Origin: a virus
Taxonomy: Duplodnaviria > Caudoviricetes
DNA: 64,000 nt
IMG/VR virus record: IMGVR_UViG_3300037067_002514
Coordinates: 1 to 64,000 of that record
Direction: 5' to 3' (one strand)
The notes beneath the pieces were generated by a model, which saw only the letters and a list, made by a program, of their open reading frames with translations, was not told where the DNA came from and searched no databases. The translations under genes were made by a program, and so were the position numbers. Below, piece by piece: positions 18,079 through 28,140 of this stretch. How positions within the stretch are numbered: position 1 is the first letter of the stretch; each line of letters begins with the position of its first letter.

Positions 18079-21000
18079 CTAATATAGTGTTACACTATCC
18101 CAAGTTATACCACCATTCCTAGTAGCATGAATTTCTGTATCTGATGCAGCTACTATTGTTCTAGTAGTTACAACATCATTACTATAACTAACTGTTCTAC
18201 TTACTGAGTTACTTAAGTTAACTGGAAGACCATTATCTGTTACTGTTAATGTAATTACTACTTCACCAATTATCTCTTCAAAGGTAACTACTTTACCAGT
18301 TTGTGCCTCTTTTCCAGTGCAAGTCCATTCATAAGTTAAAGAATCCCCGTTATAATCCCTTGACTTGGTAGCATCACACTCTATGTTAACTAGGTCTGAA
18401 TCACCATTACAACTTACTACTTTATACTCAAACTCAGCTACAGGGGAAACATTGTTAATAGACTCCGAACCATCCCCAATACCACCAACTAATTCAAGAT
18501 TCATGTAATATCCACTTTCATCCATATTAGAAGATATACTATTAACAAAGTAGTTTATACCTGGTGCAGAAGTTGAATATTCGTCTATTACCTTAACAGT
18601 ATCCCCTATCTGTAAGTTAGGTATACCCTCTATTTTAGCCCTAGCTGTATATCTTATTCTATTAAGATCAGTCAATATGTCATTAGCTGTTTGTGCTAGT
18701 ATATCTGCATCATCTATATAACTAGTAGTTATCTCCATCTTTCTATATGTTGGTGGGGAAGGTATATAAGGACTAACCCCTACTGCTGTAGCACTAAGGT
18801 TTCCTAATCCTGAAACAGTTATATAGTTTCTAATAGATTCATCATCTCTTTCGGTTTCTAGTTCATAAATATTACCTATCCTATTCACTGTAAAAGAATA
18901 CTCTGAAGGTGTCTCTAATTGAGTTTGTAATATACATTGTGGATTATCACTAGCAATAGGTCTTATCTTCCTCATCCTTATCATACCTGTTATATCAGAA
19001 TAAAGATGATATCCACCTACATCACATAGACTCTGTATGGCTTCCATTGCATTCATGTACTTGAACACAGTAGCATAATTACTATTTATACCACCAATAG
19101 TTATACCAGTTGTTTCACTTTGTATATTAATGTATTCTTCTGGTATACCAGAATCAGTTAAGAAATCACTTATTATACTCTCCATCTGTCTATCTGCTAC
19201 TGATTGACCACCACTTCCTACATCTGGCATAAAATCTTTTGAGTACACCTTAGCGTCTTTTGCTGTATAATACTTATTTTGTGCTAACTTTAGTATATCC
19301 CTACAGCCAATAGTTAGAGAGTGTGTTGAAGCATCTTTAGTAACAGTATCAATAAATCCTATAAATGTAGTCTCTATAAAAGACCTATTTATATACCCTT
19401 GTCTTACTTTAATCCTATCCATAGGTTGGAATTCAACACCACTAATAGGATTAACTGCTAGAGTACATGTTGATACTGATTGATTCCAACTATATTCTAT
19501 TGAGCAACTAATAACATTTAACTCGTACTCAGTACCAGTTGATATAACACCTGGGGTATCAGACTTAGTTATAGTAGCGTAAGTTATAGGATACCTTATA
19601 TTATCAACTATAGGGTATTCTTCTGTCTCAATTTCTACAGTATCACTATATATTAAGAAATTTTCATTATAAGCTACTAACCTTACATTATAAGTCTGCT
19701 CATCTAGTAAATCAGATATAGTAGCTAGGTTTATACTATTACCATATAAACCAGATAGCATAACTACATCATAATACTGTGTGTCATCAAAGTCAAGAGG
19801 GAACTCATAAGGGAATTCTGATAAATCACCAGATATTATTGGAATACCACTTATGGCATATAGTATACCAACATTCCAATCTGAGGAAGAAGCCCCAGTA
19901 ATAGTTGCTATAGCATCAATAGAACTGTAGAAACTTGAAGTACCAGATATACTAAGGTCTACTATACCATCGTCTGCTTTATGACTTATTATACCAGTAC
20001 CTATCTTGTATATTGTATGCTGATTACTATATAATGGTGAAAGTGATACAATAGACCCGTATTCTCTTTTTATTATAGAGCCAGCACCAGCATAGGTTAA
20101 TACTAGGTAAGGTTTACTTGCTGATGAAACAGAATAAAACCATGTATCATCCCTAGTATCACTTCTTCCATCAAAATCATCAATATAAAACACCATTGAA
20201 TTACCACTAACCCATCCATTTTGTAGTATTTCATTTACTACACTAGCAATATCTGGGGTATAGACAGTTGTATCATATTCTACATCCCAATCAACCTGAG
20301 CAGTAGTAATCTTTGAATCATCAGTACCACCTAGTATAGTACCCCTTCTCTCTATAAAATCACTTAATGAATAGAATCCTGCTGGATTTTCTTCTTTAGC
20401 ACCAGTAATCCTTGCTTTTGTACCTGCTGAATAATGCCCCTCTTTAAGTACTATAGTAGCTGATACTATAGTTGCCCCCTCTGGTACATAAACACTATTA
20501 AACCTTATACCAAATCCTGTTTTATGCAAAGCTGGGGGTGAAACACTACCCACGTACACATATGAGGCAGGACTAAGACTTATCCACCCAGAGGCATAAT
20601 CATTATACCCAACAAGGAAGTTATCTGAGGATGAATCAGGATAAAATATACTGGAATCACTATCATATCTGTAACCAGATGGGGTATGTCCCATTATCTT
20701 ACTATCAGATTTATGGGTTAATTGTGTACGTATACTAGAGGCAATATGACTCTGTATACTAGAATAATCCCTTCTTATTAATGTTCCACTTAAGGATGTT
20801 CCTGCAAAGCTATCTAGTATTGACGAGTAATCTCTATGATACTCCGATAATTCCTCAGTATAACCCTCTATTACATATAGCATATCTTTATAGTAATCTG
20901 TAAATGGCTTATTGTCATACACCCTAACTAGCTTACCAAAATCAGAACCACCTACATCATACCCCATTTTTATATAACTGGATTCAAGATAATCACTAGG

Positions 21001-22329
21001 ATACATTACTGCTAGATAAGAAGTACCAGATGTTAGGCATACAGTACCACTTATGGGTACTGTTATAAATGTTGGATATACCTCTTCAATATAATGTACT
21101 TCTAGACTAAGTTTAGATACTTGTACATCATACAATTCCCCACTAATAGTATTCCAACCTTCTTCTGGTCTTCCAAAATCGTGACCTGTGAACATAATTA
21201 AACCTAACTTCAAATCATTAACTTCATCCCAAGTCCATGAACTACTAGTATAGGGATTTACTGCAAAGTCATAATAATATTCCTTCCACTGATCTGTAGT
21301 AGGTTCTAAAACTGTATATTCATATGCTTGTCCCTCTAAGAATACACCTATATCTGTGTATAAACTTATACCTTTACTATTCTTTGCTACAACTGCTACC
21401 CTTAGATAAGCAATATCATTACTTTGTGATGTACCAGATATAGTAAAGGCAGTATCAAAATATTCTGGATACTCAGCCCCACTTGTTGTAAGATATGTTT
21501 CTACCCCACTAGTTACACATTCTATATAACTTGTACCACTAGGATAGACATTAGGTGGATTAATATAATACCCACTAGCATTACCTGAAGGTATGTATAA
21601 ACTTACATCCTCTGAATAATTTAGTGAGATACTACTACATGGAATATAACCACTATATAACACAGAGCCTATTACACCACTATTATATCCCAATATCTCT
21701 GCACATAAATTACCTGATGGGGTACCTATCTGGTATCCAGCTAAAGATAAACTAGTAGGGTAGTAATCATCATTTGCATAGAATAATTGACCATATTTTT
21801 CATTACTTCTGTATAGTGTTACATATCCAGATACACTAGGTATATATGCCCCTATATCATCATAACTTATAGGGGATGCCCCGTATACCTTAAATAGTAG
21901 ATCAGCAGTAATTGGAATATAGTCTTCTGAAATTACATTTTCTGTTTCACTAGCCACACCACCATCATAGTCAGGATACCAATCATCCTTTTCCCATTGT
22001 ATACTATTACTTACATCCCCAGAAGCTGCTATAATGCCCACGCAGTATGTTCCAGCTTCCAGAGTTGTAGGGCTAAAGTCAAACGTTACCCAATTAGGGT
22101 AAAAAGCATCAATAGTATCATATTCAAACTCTTCTGATACCTCATTATTTAATAGCACTGGACTTTGGTATGGCACACCATTCTCATCTGCCCTTATTAT
22201 AAAGAATAGTAATGTACCTGGACTTCCTGTTCTCTTTAGTTTTAGTTTTACTGAACTAATACTACATTGTGAAGATAAAGTAAATCCTTGGGCAGAAGAT
22301 ACTATTCCGTATATATCGTTATATGTCAT
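18079..22329 (-). CDS. Large tail-tip protein: N-terminal beta-sandwich domains + baseplate-hub/Tal-like region + PKD-like domain
   Basis: The C-half has a hub-like pattern (FIGFIDTV..D...L.CRD; IRNYITVSG; GIPNLQIGDTVKVID; YFVNSIS). PVAEF...DATKSRD...LTYEW...ITLTVTD is PKD-like. Confidence 0.7.
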   Translation of the reverse strand: MTYNDIYGIVSSAQGFTLSSQCSISSVKLKLKRTGSPGTLLFFIIRADENGVPYQSPVLLNNEVSEEFEYDTIDAFYPNWVTFDFSPTTLEAGTYCVGIIAASGDVSNSIQWEKDDWYPDYDGGVASETENVISEDYIPITADLLFKVYGASPISYDDIGAYIPSVSGYVTLYRSNEKYGQLFYANDDYYPTSLSLAGYQIGTPSGNLCAEILGYNSGVIGSVLYSGYIPCSSISLNYSEDVSLYIPSGNASGYYINPPNVYPSGTSYIECVTSGVETYLTTSGAEYPEYFDTAFTISGTSQSNDIAYLRVAVVAKNSKGISLYTDIGVFLEGQAYEYTVLEPTTDQWKEYYYDFAVNPYTSSSWTWDEVNDLKLGLIMFTGHDFGRPEEGWNTISGELYDVQVSKLSLEVHYIEEVYPTFITVPISGTVCLTSGTSYLAVMYPSDYLESSYIKMGYDVGGSDFGKLVRVYDNKPFTDYYKDMLYVIEGYTEELSEYHRDYSSILDSFAGTSLSGTLIRRDYSSIQSHIASSIRTQLTHKSDSKIMGHTPSGYRYDSDSSIFYPDSSSDNFLVGYNDYASGWISLSPASYVYVGSVSPPALHKTGFGIRFNSVYVPEGATIVSATIVLKEGHYSAGTKARITGAKEENPAGFYSLSDFIERRGTILGGTDDSKITTAQVDWDVEYDTTVYTPDIASVVNEILQNGWVSGNSMVFYIDDFDGRSDTRDDTWFYSVSSASKPYLVLTYAGAGSIIKREYGSIVSLSPLYSNQHTIYKIGTGIISHKADDGIVDLSISGTSSFYSSIDAIATITGASSSDWNVGILYAISGIPIISGDLSEFPYEFPLDFDDTQYYDVVMLSGLYGNSINLATISDLLDEQTYNVRLVAYNENFLIYSDTVEIETEEYPIVDNIRYPITYATITKSDTPGVISTGTEYELNVISCSIEYSWNQSVSTCTLAVNPISGVEFQPMDRIKVRQGYINRSFIETTFIGFIDTVTKDASTHSLTIGCRDILKLAQNKYYTAKDAKVYSKDFMPDVGSGGQSVADRQMESIISDFLTDSGIPEEYINIQSETTGITIGGINSNYATVFKYMNAMEAIQSLCDVGGYHLYSDITGMIRMRKIRPIASDNPQCILQTQLETPSEYSFTVNRIGNIYELETERDDESIRNYITVSGLGNLSATAVGVSPYIPSPPTYRKMEITTSYIDDADILAQTANDILTDLNRIRYTARAKIEGIPNLQIGDTVKVIDEYSTSAPGINYFVNSISSNMDESGYYMNLELVGGIGDGSESINNVSPVAEFEYKVVSCNGDSDLVNIECDATKSRDYNGDSLTYEWTCTGKEAQTGKVVTFEEIIGEVVITLTVTDNGLPVNLSNSVSRTVSYSNDVVTTRTIVAASDTEIHATRNGGITWDSVTLY

Positions 22330-25300
22330 AATGGGTTTAATTCTCCATCTGGTCTATCAAAATATTCTTGTAAAACTACTGCTGAGGTACCAACATAACT
22401 TTGTATGTGTAATCTTGAATCCTTTCTGAGTGAATTAGCTACATGTTCTAGTATAGCTATAGCATCCTCTATGTACTCAGTAGCCCCAGCATCATTAAAT
22501 AGATGACTCTCAAATGGAACACTATACATAGGATTGCTGAATGCTCTGATCAAAGCCTCACTTCTAACATAATATGGTGCATTTCCTAGTATAGAAGAGT
22601 AAGCTCTAATAACACTACCAGCCCTAGTATACGTAGATGTGTTTCCCATTACAGCTATTGCATCAGCATATAGTAAATTTATACCACCTTGCATAGCTAT
22701 GTTACCACAAGCTACTAATGCAGACCTATAGGCATTATACAACCTAGTAAACAGTGCCTTATGAGACAATATAGTAGAATATCCCCTTGTACCAGAGTAA
22801 TCCCTTAAACCAGTAGGTTTATGAGCTAGAATGCTGGGGTAGTTTCTAACACCAAAATAATCCCTAGTATTCAACGCTACATATCCCATTAGTGCGGAAT
22901 ATTCCTTAGTATATTGGGTACCACCCTCAGCTTCACCCATAAATAGGGGGAAAGTTAGGGGGAATAAAAGTTCCTCTAATGCTTCAAATTGATCTGCTGT
23001 TATACTGGGTAATAAACTAAAATATGCAGAATAATTTCTTATAATATCAGTATACCTTACCCCTATACTTGTAAGACCCAATGATGCAGAATACTCTTTT
23101 GTGTACTGAGTACCAATAGATGTACCTAACGCCTCAAACAAGAAATCACCGCTACTTGTGGTAAATCCCATAGCATCACCATAGCTAGATACACCACCTG
23201 GGTAAGTTGAACTACTAGAATCCATAGCCCATTCTAATTTATTAGAAGAATTACCAGATAGAACAATTAAAACTGCACAATACTTACCAAGACTTAAATC
23301 TAATGGGGTATCTAATGTTACCTGTACCCATCTAAAATCCTCATCAGAAACAGAATTCCCACTAAAGGTCTGTATTCTATCATAATCTATTGGGGGACTA
23401 CCATCAGGTAAACCATCCTCATCAGCACCCATAATAACAAGTGCTGCATCCCCAGGACTACCAGTTCTTTTAAGTTTTAACATTACTGATTCAAGAGAAT
23501 GAGATGTTAATGGTGTAAAACTTTGACTTGCCATAGTGAAACTATCATAGCAATCATAGTCTGTATCCTCACCAATAAGATAGTACTCAAAACTATCAGT
23601 TGATGGTTGTACTGCTAAACCGTATTCTTCAAACATAAAGTCACAGTTAGCATCAGTATAGTAAGTACTACTAGCATTAGCAAATGAAGATGATTTTAGT
23701 CCAATACCATTAGAATACCCAGTAGTACCAGAAGCACAAGCCCAATCTATTTTATTACTAGAGTTCATACCAGCAGTAAGTAATACTATACCATAGTATG
23801 TATCAGCTAGTATTAAGTATGGCTCATCAAATTGTATATTTACCCACTCAAATGCAGAGTCTGATATACCAGAAGTAGCTATACTATCTGATATTAATTT
23901 ATCTGATAATAAATTAGAGAAAACTGGATTTCCACCTTCATCTGAATTTACTAGGTATGCAATTAAAGTATTGGGATTTCCAGTTCTTTTTACCTTTACA
24001 TTTATATTATCTATGTAATGAGGAAGTTCATTTTTAAATGTTTGGCAACAACCATATTGTGTCATGTATATAGGATATGATAAATCATCACCTGTAGTAT
24101 GGCTTTCATATAGCTTTATATATGACTCTGTACTTTCCCAGCTTCCCCATGTAGGTTCAACGGCCAGCCAGTCACGCAATATAATGTCATCAAACCAGCA
24201 ACTTGACGTACCTCCTGAGTTGTATAACGCCGTCAGCCCATTCCATGCCGCACTATCCTGCATCTCCACATCAGTTAGTATCTCAGCACCATCAAGGGAT
24301 ACGCAATATGTTCCTGCTGTAAAATCTATATCGTAGATATCAAATAAATGCCATGTATCAACCGACACTGTATAGCCTGAGTCAACAGGAGTACCCGCTG
24401 CATTGTAGTAATATATCCTCTCGTCGGCTCCAATTAACAGATATATTACGTGCGCTGGATTACCCCAAATGAAACGACCCTGAGATGTGGCGTCCTTACG
24501 GAATCGGAAACGAATTGAATAACCAGAATAATCCGTATTGCCAAAATAGCACAGGGAGTTATTCGTACCATCCCTGTACAGCTCCAGCGAGCGTGCACCG
24601 CCCCACTTTTGGCCTGAATCTATTTTAGCTGTGGAAGACCCAGCAACGACTTTAGTCCATGTTACCGACCCGCCATTGGTGTCAATATTGTCCCCGTCCG
24701 CACCCCATTCAAAGTCTTCAAACTTTTTAAACGTGTTTGTACCGTTGGAATAGGCGGCAGCTGAGGCGTTCCCGTAGTACATATAAAAATAGGTATCAGT
24801 TGTACCAATGGAATCAAACTTAACCCAGACAGTTGCGAGTTGGTTAGGCGTTGCCCCGCTGATTTCCTCAATCCAATAAGGTAACGTAGTTTCCCCATCA
24901 GAATTAGTAAACCTTATATCATTAAAGGACGAAAGACATAACCCTTCACAACCTACTGCACCTTCTTCTACATCGCCCCATGTACCAAAGGCGGGTTCCA
25001 CTGCCAACCAATCACGGACGATAACATCATCATACCAGCAGGAAGATGAACCAATGGCATTCATAAGTAAAATTCTACCGTTAACTGAAGCGCTTACGAA
25101 CATCTCAACATCAGTTAAAATTTCAACCCCATCCAGCGAAAGGGAGTAAGTACCCGCCGTAAAATCAATATTATAAACTTCAAACAAATGCCACGTATTG
25201 ACTGATACCGACTGACCTGAACTTATAAGATCACCTGAAGCATCTAGGTAATATACTCCTTCGTTAGCAGCAATAATTACGTATACAATTTGAGTTCCGT

Positions 25301-26015
25301 TACCCCATAAGATATAACCTTGTGAAGTACCATCCTTACGAAATCTTAATCTTACGGCATTATCTGTGTAATCGGTATTATCAAAATAGGCTTGAGGACT
25401 ATTAGTCCCATCCATGTATAACTCTAGTGACCTAGACCCGCCCCATTTTTGACCAGTATCTATCTTAGCAGTGGACGAGCCAGCAACATTTTTCGACCAA
25501 TCAATAGACCCACCATCAGTATCAATGTCGTCCCCGTCAACTCCCCACTCGAAGTCCTCTCCATAGGCGAATGTATCGGAGATGTTGGAGTAAGCGGCAG
25601 CAGAGGCGTTACCGTAATACATAAAGAAAGTAGTATCACTTGTACCAATACTATCAAATTCAACCCATATTGTAGCTAGTTGATTTGGAGTTGCTCCTGT
25701 GATAGACTCTATCCAATAATCTAATACAGTTCCAGTAGCGTTAGTAAACCTGAGATCGTCAAAGGATGACAGGCACAATCCGCCGCAATCAACATCTTCA
25801 CCCGTAGCACCAGAACTTTCACCAACTAAGATTTTCATCTGATAATTGGTTACAGCACCAGAAGCCCTAGAAAGTGTTATTAATTTACGATAAGACCATC
25901 CAGGTAACCAAGAGTTCTCCGCTACTCCAACCTTCATTTGATAGTTAGTAACAGCACCAGAACTTCTAGATAATGCTACTCTTCTTCTATATGTATAATC
26001 TGATAACCAAGCCAT
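22326..26015 (-). CDS. Virion protein with two DUF2341-like/LamG units and repeated beta-sandwich domains
   Basis: DLRFT...L.YWIE...ATIWV...MYYGN appears twice (DUF2341 pattern), followed by lectin-like segments ending WYDD/WFDD. Confidence 0.75.
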   Translation of the reverse strand: MAWLSDYTYRRRVALSRSSGAVTNYQMKVGVAENSWLPGWSYRKLITLSRASGAVTNYQMKILVGESSGATGEDVDCGGLCLSSFDDLRFTNATGTVLDYWIESITGATPNQLATIWVEFDSIGTSDTTFFMYYGNASAAAYSNISDTFAYGEDFEWGVDGDDIDTDGGSIDWSKNVAGSSTAKIDTGQKWGGSRSLELYMDGTNSPQAYFDNTDYTDNAVRLRFRKDGTSQGYILWGNGTQIVYVIIAANEGVYYLDASGDLISSGQSVSVNTWHLFEVYNIDFTAGTYSLSLDGVEILTDVEMFVSASVNGRILLMNAIGSSSCWYDDVIVRDWLAVEPAFGTWGDVEEGAVGCEGLCLSSFNDIRFTNSDGETTLPYWIEEISGATPNQLATVWVKFDSIGTTDTYFYMYYGNASAAAYSNGTNTFKKFEDFEWGADGDNIDTNGGSVTWTKVVAGSSTAKIDSGQKWGGARSLELYRDGTNNSLCYFGNTDYSGYSIRFRFRKDATSQGRFIWGNPAHVIYLLIGADERIYYYNAAGTPVDSGYTVSVDTWHLFDIYDIDFTAGTYCVSLDGAEILTDVEMQDSAAWNGLTALYNSGGTSSCWFDDIILRDWLAVEPTWGSWESTESYIKLYESHTTGDDLSYPIYMTQYGCCQTFKNELPHYIDNINVKVKRTGNPNTLIAYLVNSDEGGNPVFSNLLSDKLISDSIATSGISDSAFEWVNIQFDEPYLILADTYYGIVLLTAGMNSSNKIDWACASGTTGYSNGIGLKSSSFANASSTYYTDANCDFMFEEYGLAVQPSTDSFEYYLIGEDTDYDCYDSFTMASQSFTPLTSHSLESVMLKLKRTGSPGDAALVIMGADEDGLPDGSPPIDYDRIQTFSGNSVSDEDFRWVQVTLDTPLDLSLGKYCAVLIVLSGNSSNKLEWAMDSSSSTYPGGVSSYGDAMGFTTSSGDFLFEALGTSIGTQYTKEYSASLGLTSIGVRYTDIIRNYSAYFSLLPSITADQFEALEELLFPLTFPLFMGEAEGGTQYTKEYSALMGYVALNTRDYFGVRNYPSILAHKPTGLRDYSGTRGYSTILSHKALFTRLYNAYRSALVACGNIAMQGGINLLYADAIAVMGNTSTYTRAGSVIRAYSSILGNAPYYVRSEALIRAFSNPMYSVPFESHLFNDAGATEYIEDAIAILEHVANSLRKDSRLHIQSYVGTSAVVLQEYFDRPDGELNPL
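24124..25910 (-). repeat. Intragenic duplication of a roughly 280-aa DUF2341-lectin unit
   Basis: Shared blocks include LCLSSF.D.RFTN, GATPNQLAT, MYYGNASAAAYSN, AGSSTAKID.GQKWGG.RSLELY and RDWLAVEP. Confidence 0.9.
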
Positions 26016-26157
26016 ATATTGACCTCTATTTACTAGGGATGATTTCTTTAGCCCAACTACATCTTTCTGAAGGTGGACAGGATAAGTCTTTTATTAGTCT
26101 ACATAACCCCTCTGATGTTTTATATTTGCACCAAAGGGGTGAATTGCATACTATCAC

Positions 26158-28119
26158 TTATATACCCATAACTGTTATTGTATAAGTAGCTACCATTCCT
26201 GTTGCAGCGGCATCCTTAATACTCATATTTAAGTATCTATTTCCACTCCCGCTTGCCCATAATTGGGGAACTGTCTGCGCTCCAGGTGTTGTAACCGTTG
26301 ATTTATAGTATCCTGCTGTTTCACCTGGAAGATCGTCAAATAATGTAGTATAATCTGTAGTTGCACTAGAACCTATACCACAATCAATGTTTGGTTCTGT
26401 TGATGTAGCTTTTGTATTTACATTAATTTGTAGATCAAGGACTTTTACTGACTGCCCAAAAGGATTATCTATTGAATTAAAAGCATTTTGTGTGAGAGTT
26501 GATATAGTACCACTAAATGTACCTATTTCACCTGGCCCAAACCAACGAACATTATTATAGTAATTTCCCCTATAGGAAAATTTAGTTCCAGACCCTTCAT
26601 ATGTCATAACTGATGACAAATCAGATGTGTGATTGTTTTCTACCACAAAACCATCAGGTGACCCAGCATTTACACGGAATAATCTGTTACCATACTGCAC
26701 TGTATTATTAAGGATACGAGTATTATGGACACGATAGTATACATATAGAAATGCATTATTTGCAGGCCTTCCTATGTAGGAGTTACCTTCAATAGTAACA
26801 TCATAAATATCCCCTAAAGTTTCTGCTGTAGCTATATATATTTGATTACCATTATATGCTGAATTAATTGTGTTATTGGTAAAATATATACCCCTAACAG
26901 TACCACCATCCCTAGTCATAGTAATATATAACGGATAGTACCCATCTCCCAATAGCTTAACAATATTGTTACAAAAATGTATATCCTTAGCAGTTGGAGC
27001 AGTCCATCCACCATCTTCATAACCTATCGTTTCCTCTATATTCCCATCAACATGAATATTATTGACAGTGCCAGCGACTGTTATCTGCTTACCTGAATTT
27101 CCAGATGCGAAACAAGAGGATAGACCAAGCGTTGCTCCATCAAAGCAAATGTCATCATCTGGATGCTCGTTTTTGTTGAAATAGATGTGATCACCTATCT
27201 CCCCTTCAACACCCGATTCTCTAGGTGCCCATCTAGCAGCTTGCATGGCATGTGTACCATTGTTATCTGAATAGTTATGCTCTACATATATATATGAGTT
27301 TGCACCTCTTATACCGATTCCTTCATAGCCACAATAAGTGGTTTTATTATATTCCACTTTTATATGAGTACAGTTTGAAATCAGGATACCCTGTGCTCTA
27401 TAGGTAGGATTGTCAAGTAATGAGTACACAACATCAGTCACATAGCTTTTTTGCACAGACGATTCTGTGCAATTATCCAACCATATTCCAGCCCAATTTT
27501 GAGTAAGACTTTTTGGGAGAGTATCATCCTGGAAGTCGATGTTTACACCTTTGATTGTAATATTTGTGTTTCCTCCAGAATGATCTGAATTCGTTATCAA
27601 AGCTGAACAGTAATATCCAGAAATAGTGTACTGAGCCAGATGACTACCATCGTCTGACACATAAACAATATTCCCAGGTTCAAATTCCAACGTTACATTT
27701 GATGGAACTAGTATACTTTCAATACAATAATATGTCCCCTTGGCAGCCCATACTAAACCACCACCACCTGAGGACACTACTGTCAATGCTTGATTAATCG
27801 TTGTACTATCTATTGGATTACCAGAAATTCCTGAACAAACAAAATCAGCCTGTTCTTTTTTAGGGGAATTAGATGCAGCAATTACACAAACAGCAGTCCT
27901 ACCTGTAGCAATACCACTGATTGTAGTAGACCATACTGGGATACCCCCTACAGAAGATAGTATTCCAGACCCTATAGGAAGTCTTACTAGAGTAGATGCA
28001 TCTTTAGCATATATCATATCCCCTATTGCTTGACTATCTAATGCATGTCCAGTAACTGATTCATATTCATCTTTAGTTAATACTGTTCCAACACTTATAT
28101 GTTTTAATTCATTACTCAT
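26158..28119 (-). CDS. Tailspike-like protein with a pectate-lyase-like parallel beta-helix
   Basis: ADFVC.G...DSTTINQAL....GGG.V...GTY, then repeated N/D-rich beta-helix rungs (GIWL, GILI, GIGI, YFTNNTI, IEGNSY). Confidence 0.75.
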   Translation of the reverse strand: MSNELKHISVGTVLTKDEYESVTGHALDSQAIGDMIYAKDASTLVRLPIGSGILSSVGGIPVWSTTISGIATGRTAVCVIAASNSPKKEQADFVCSGISGNPIDSTTINQALTVVSSGGGGLVWAAKGTYYCIESILVPSNVTLEFEPGNIVYVSDDGSHLAQYTISGYYCSALITNSDHSGGNTNITIKGVNIDFQDDTLPKSLTQNWAGIWLDNCTESSVQKSYVTDVVYSLLDNPTYRAQGILISNCTHIKVEYNKTTYCGYEGIGIRGANSYIYVEHNYSDNNGTHAMQAARWAPRESGVEGEIGDHIYFNKNEHPDDDICFDGATLGLSSCFASGNSGKQITVAGTVNNIHVDGNIEETIGYEDGGWTAPTAKDIHFCNNIVKLLGDGYYPLYITMTRDGGTVRGIYFTNNTINSAYNGNQIYIATAETLGDIYDVTIEGNSYIGRPANNAFLYVYYRVHNTRILNNTVQYGNRLFRVNAGSPDGFVVENNHTSDLSSVMTYEGSGTKFSYRGNYYNNVRWFGPGEIGTFSGTISTLTQNAFNSIDNPFGQSVKVLDLQINVNTKATSTEPNIDCGIGSSATTDYTTLFDDLPGETAGYYKSTVTTPGAQTVPQLWASGSGNRYLNMSIKDAAATGMVATYTITVMGI

Positions 28120-28140
28120 TTATCCCCCTAATACCCCAAT

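Noticed and set aside
24124-25910. Diversity-generating retroelement (TR/VR pair)
   Set aside because: The repeats are both coding, differ at all base types and are too diverged; no reverse transcriptase is in the window.
26016-26157. Small gene or ncRNA in the 140-nt gap between fibre genes
   Set aside because: Only a 9-codon minus-strand ORF and an imperfect hairpin are present; nothing can be supported.
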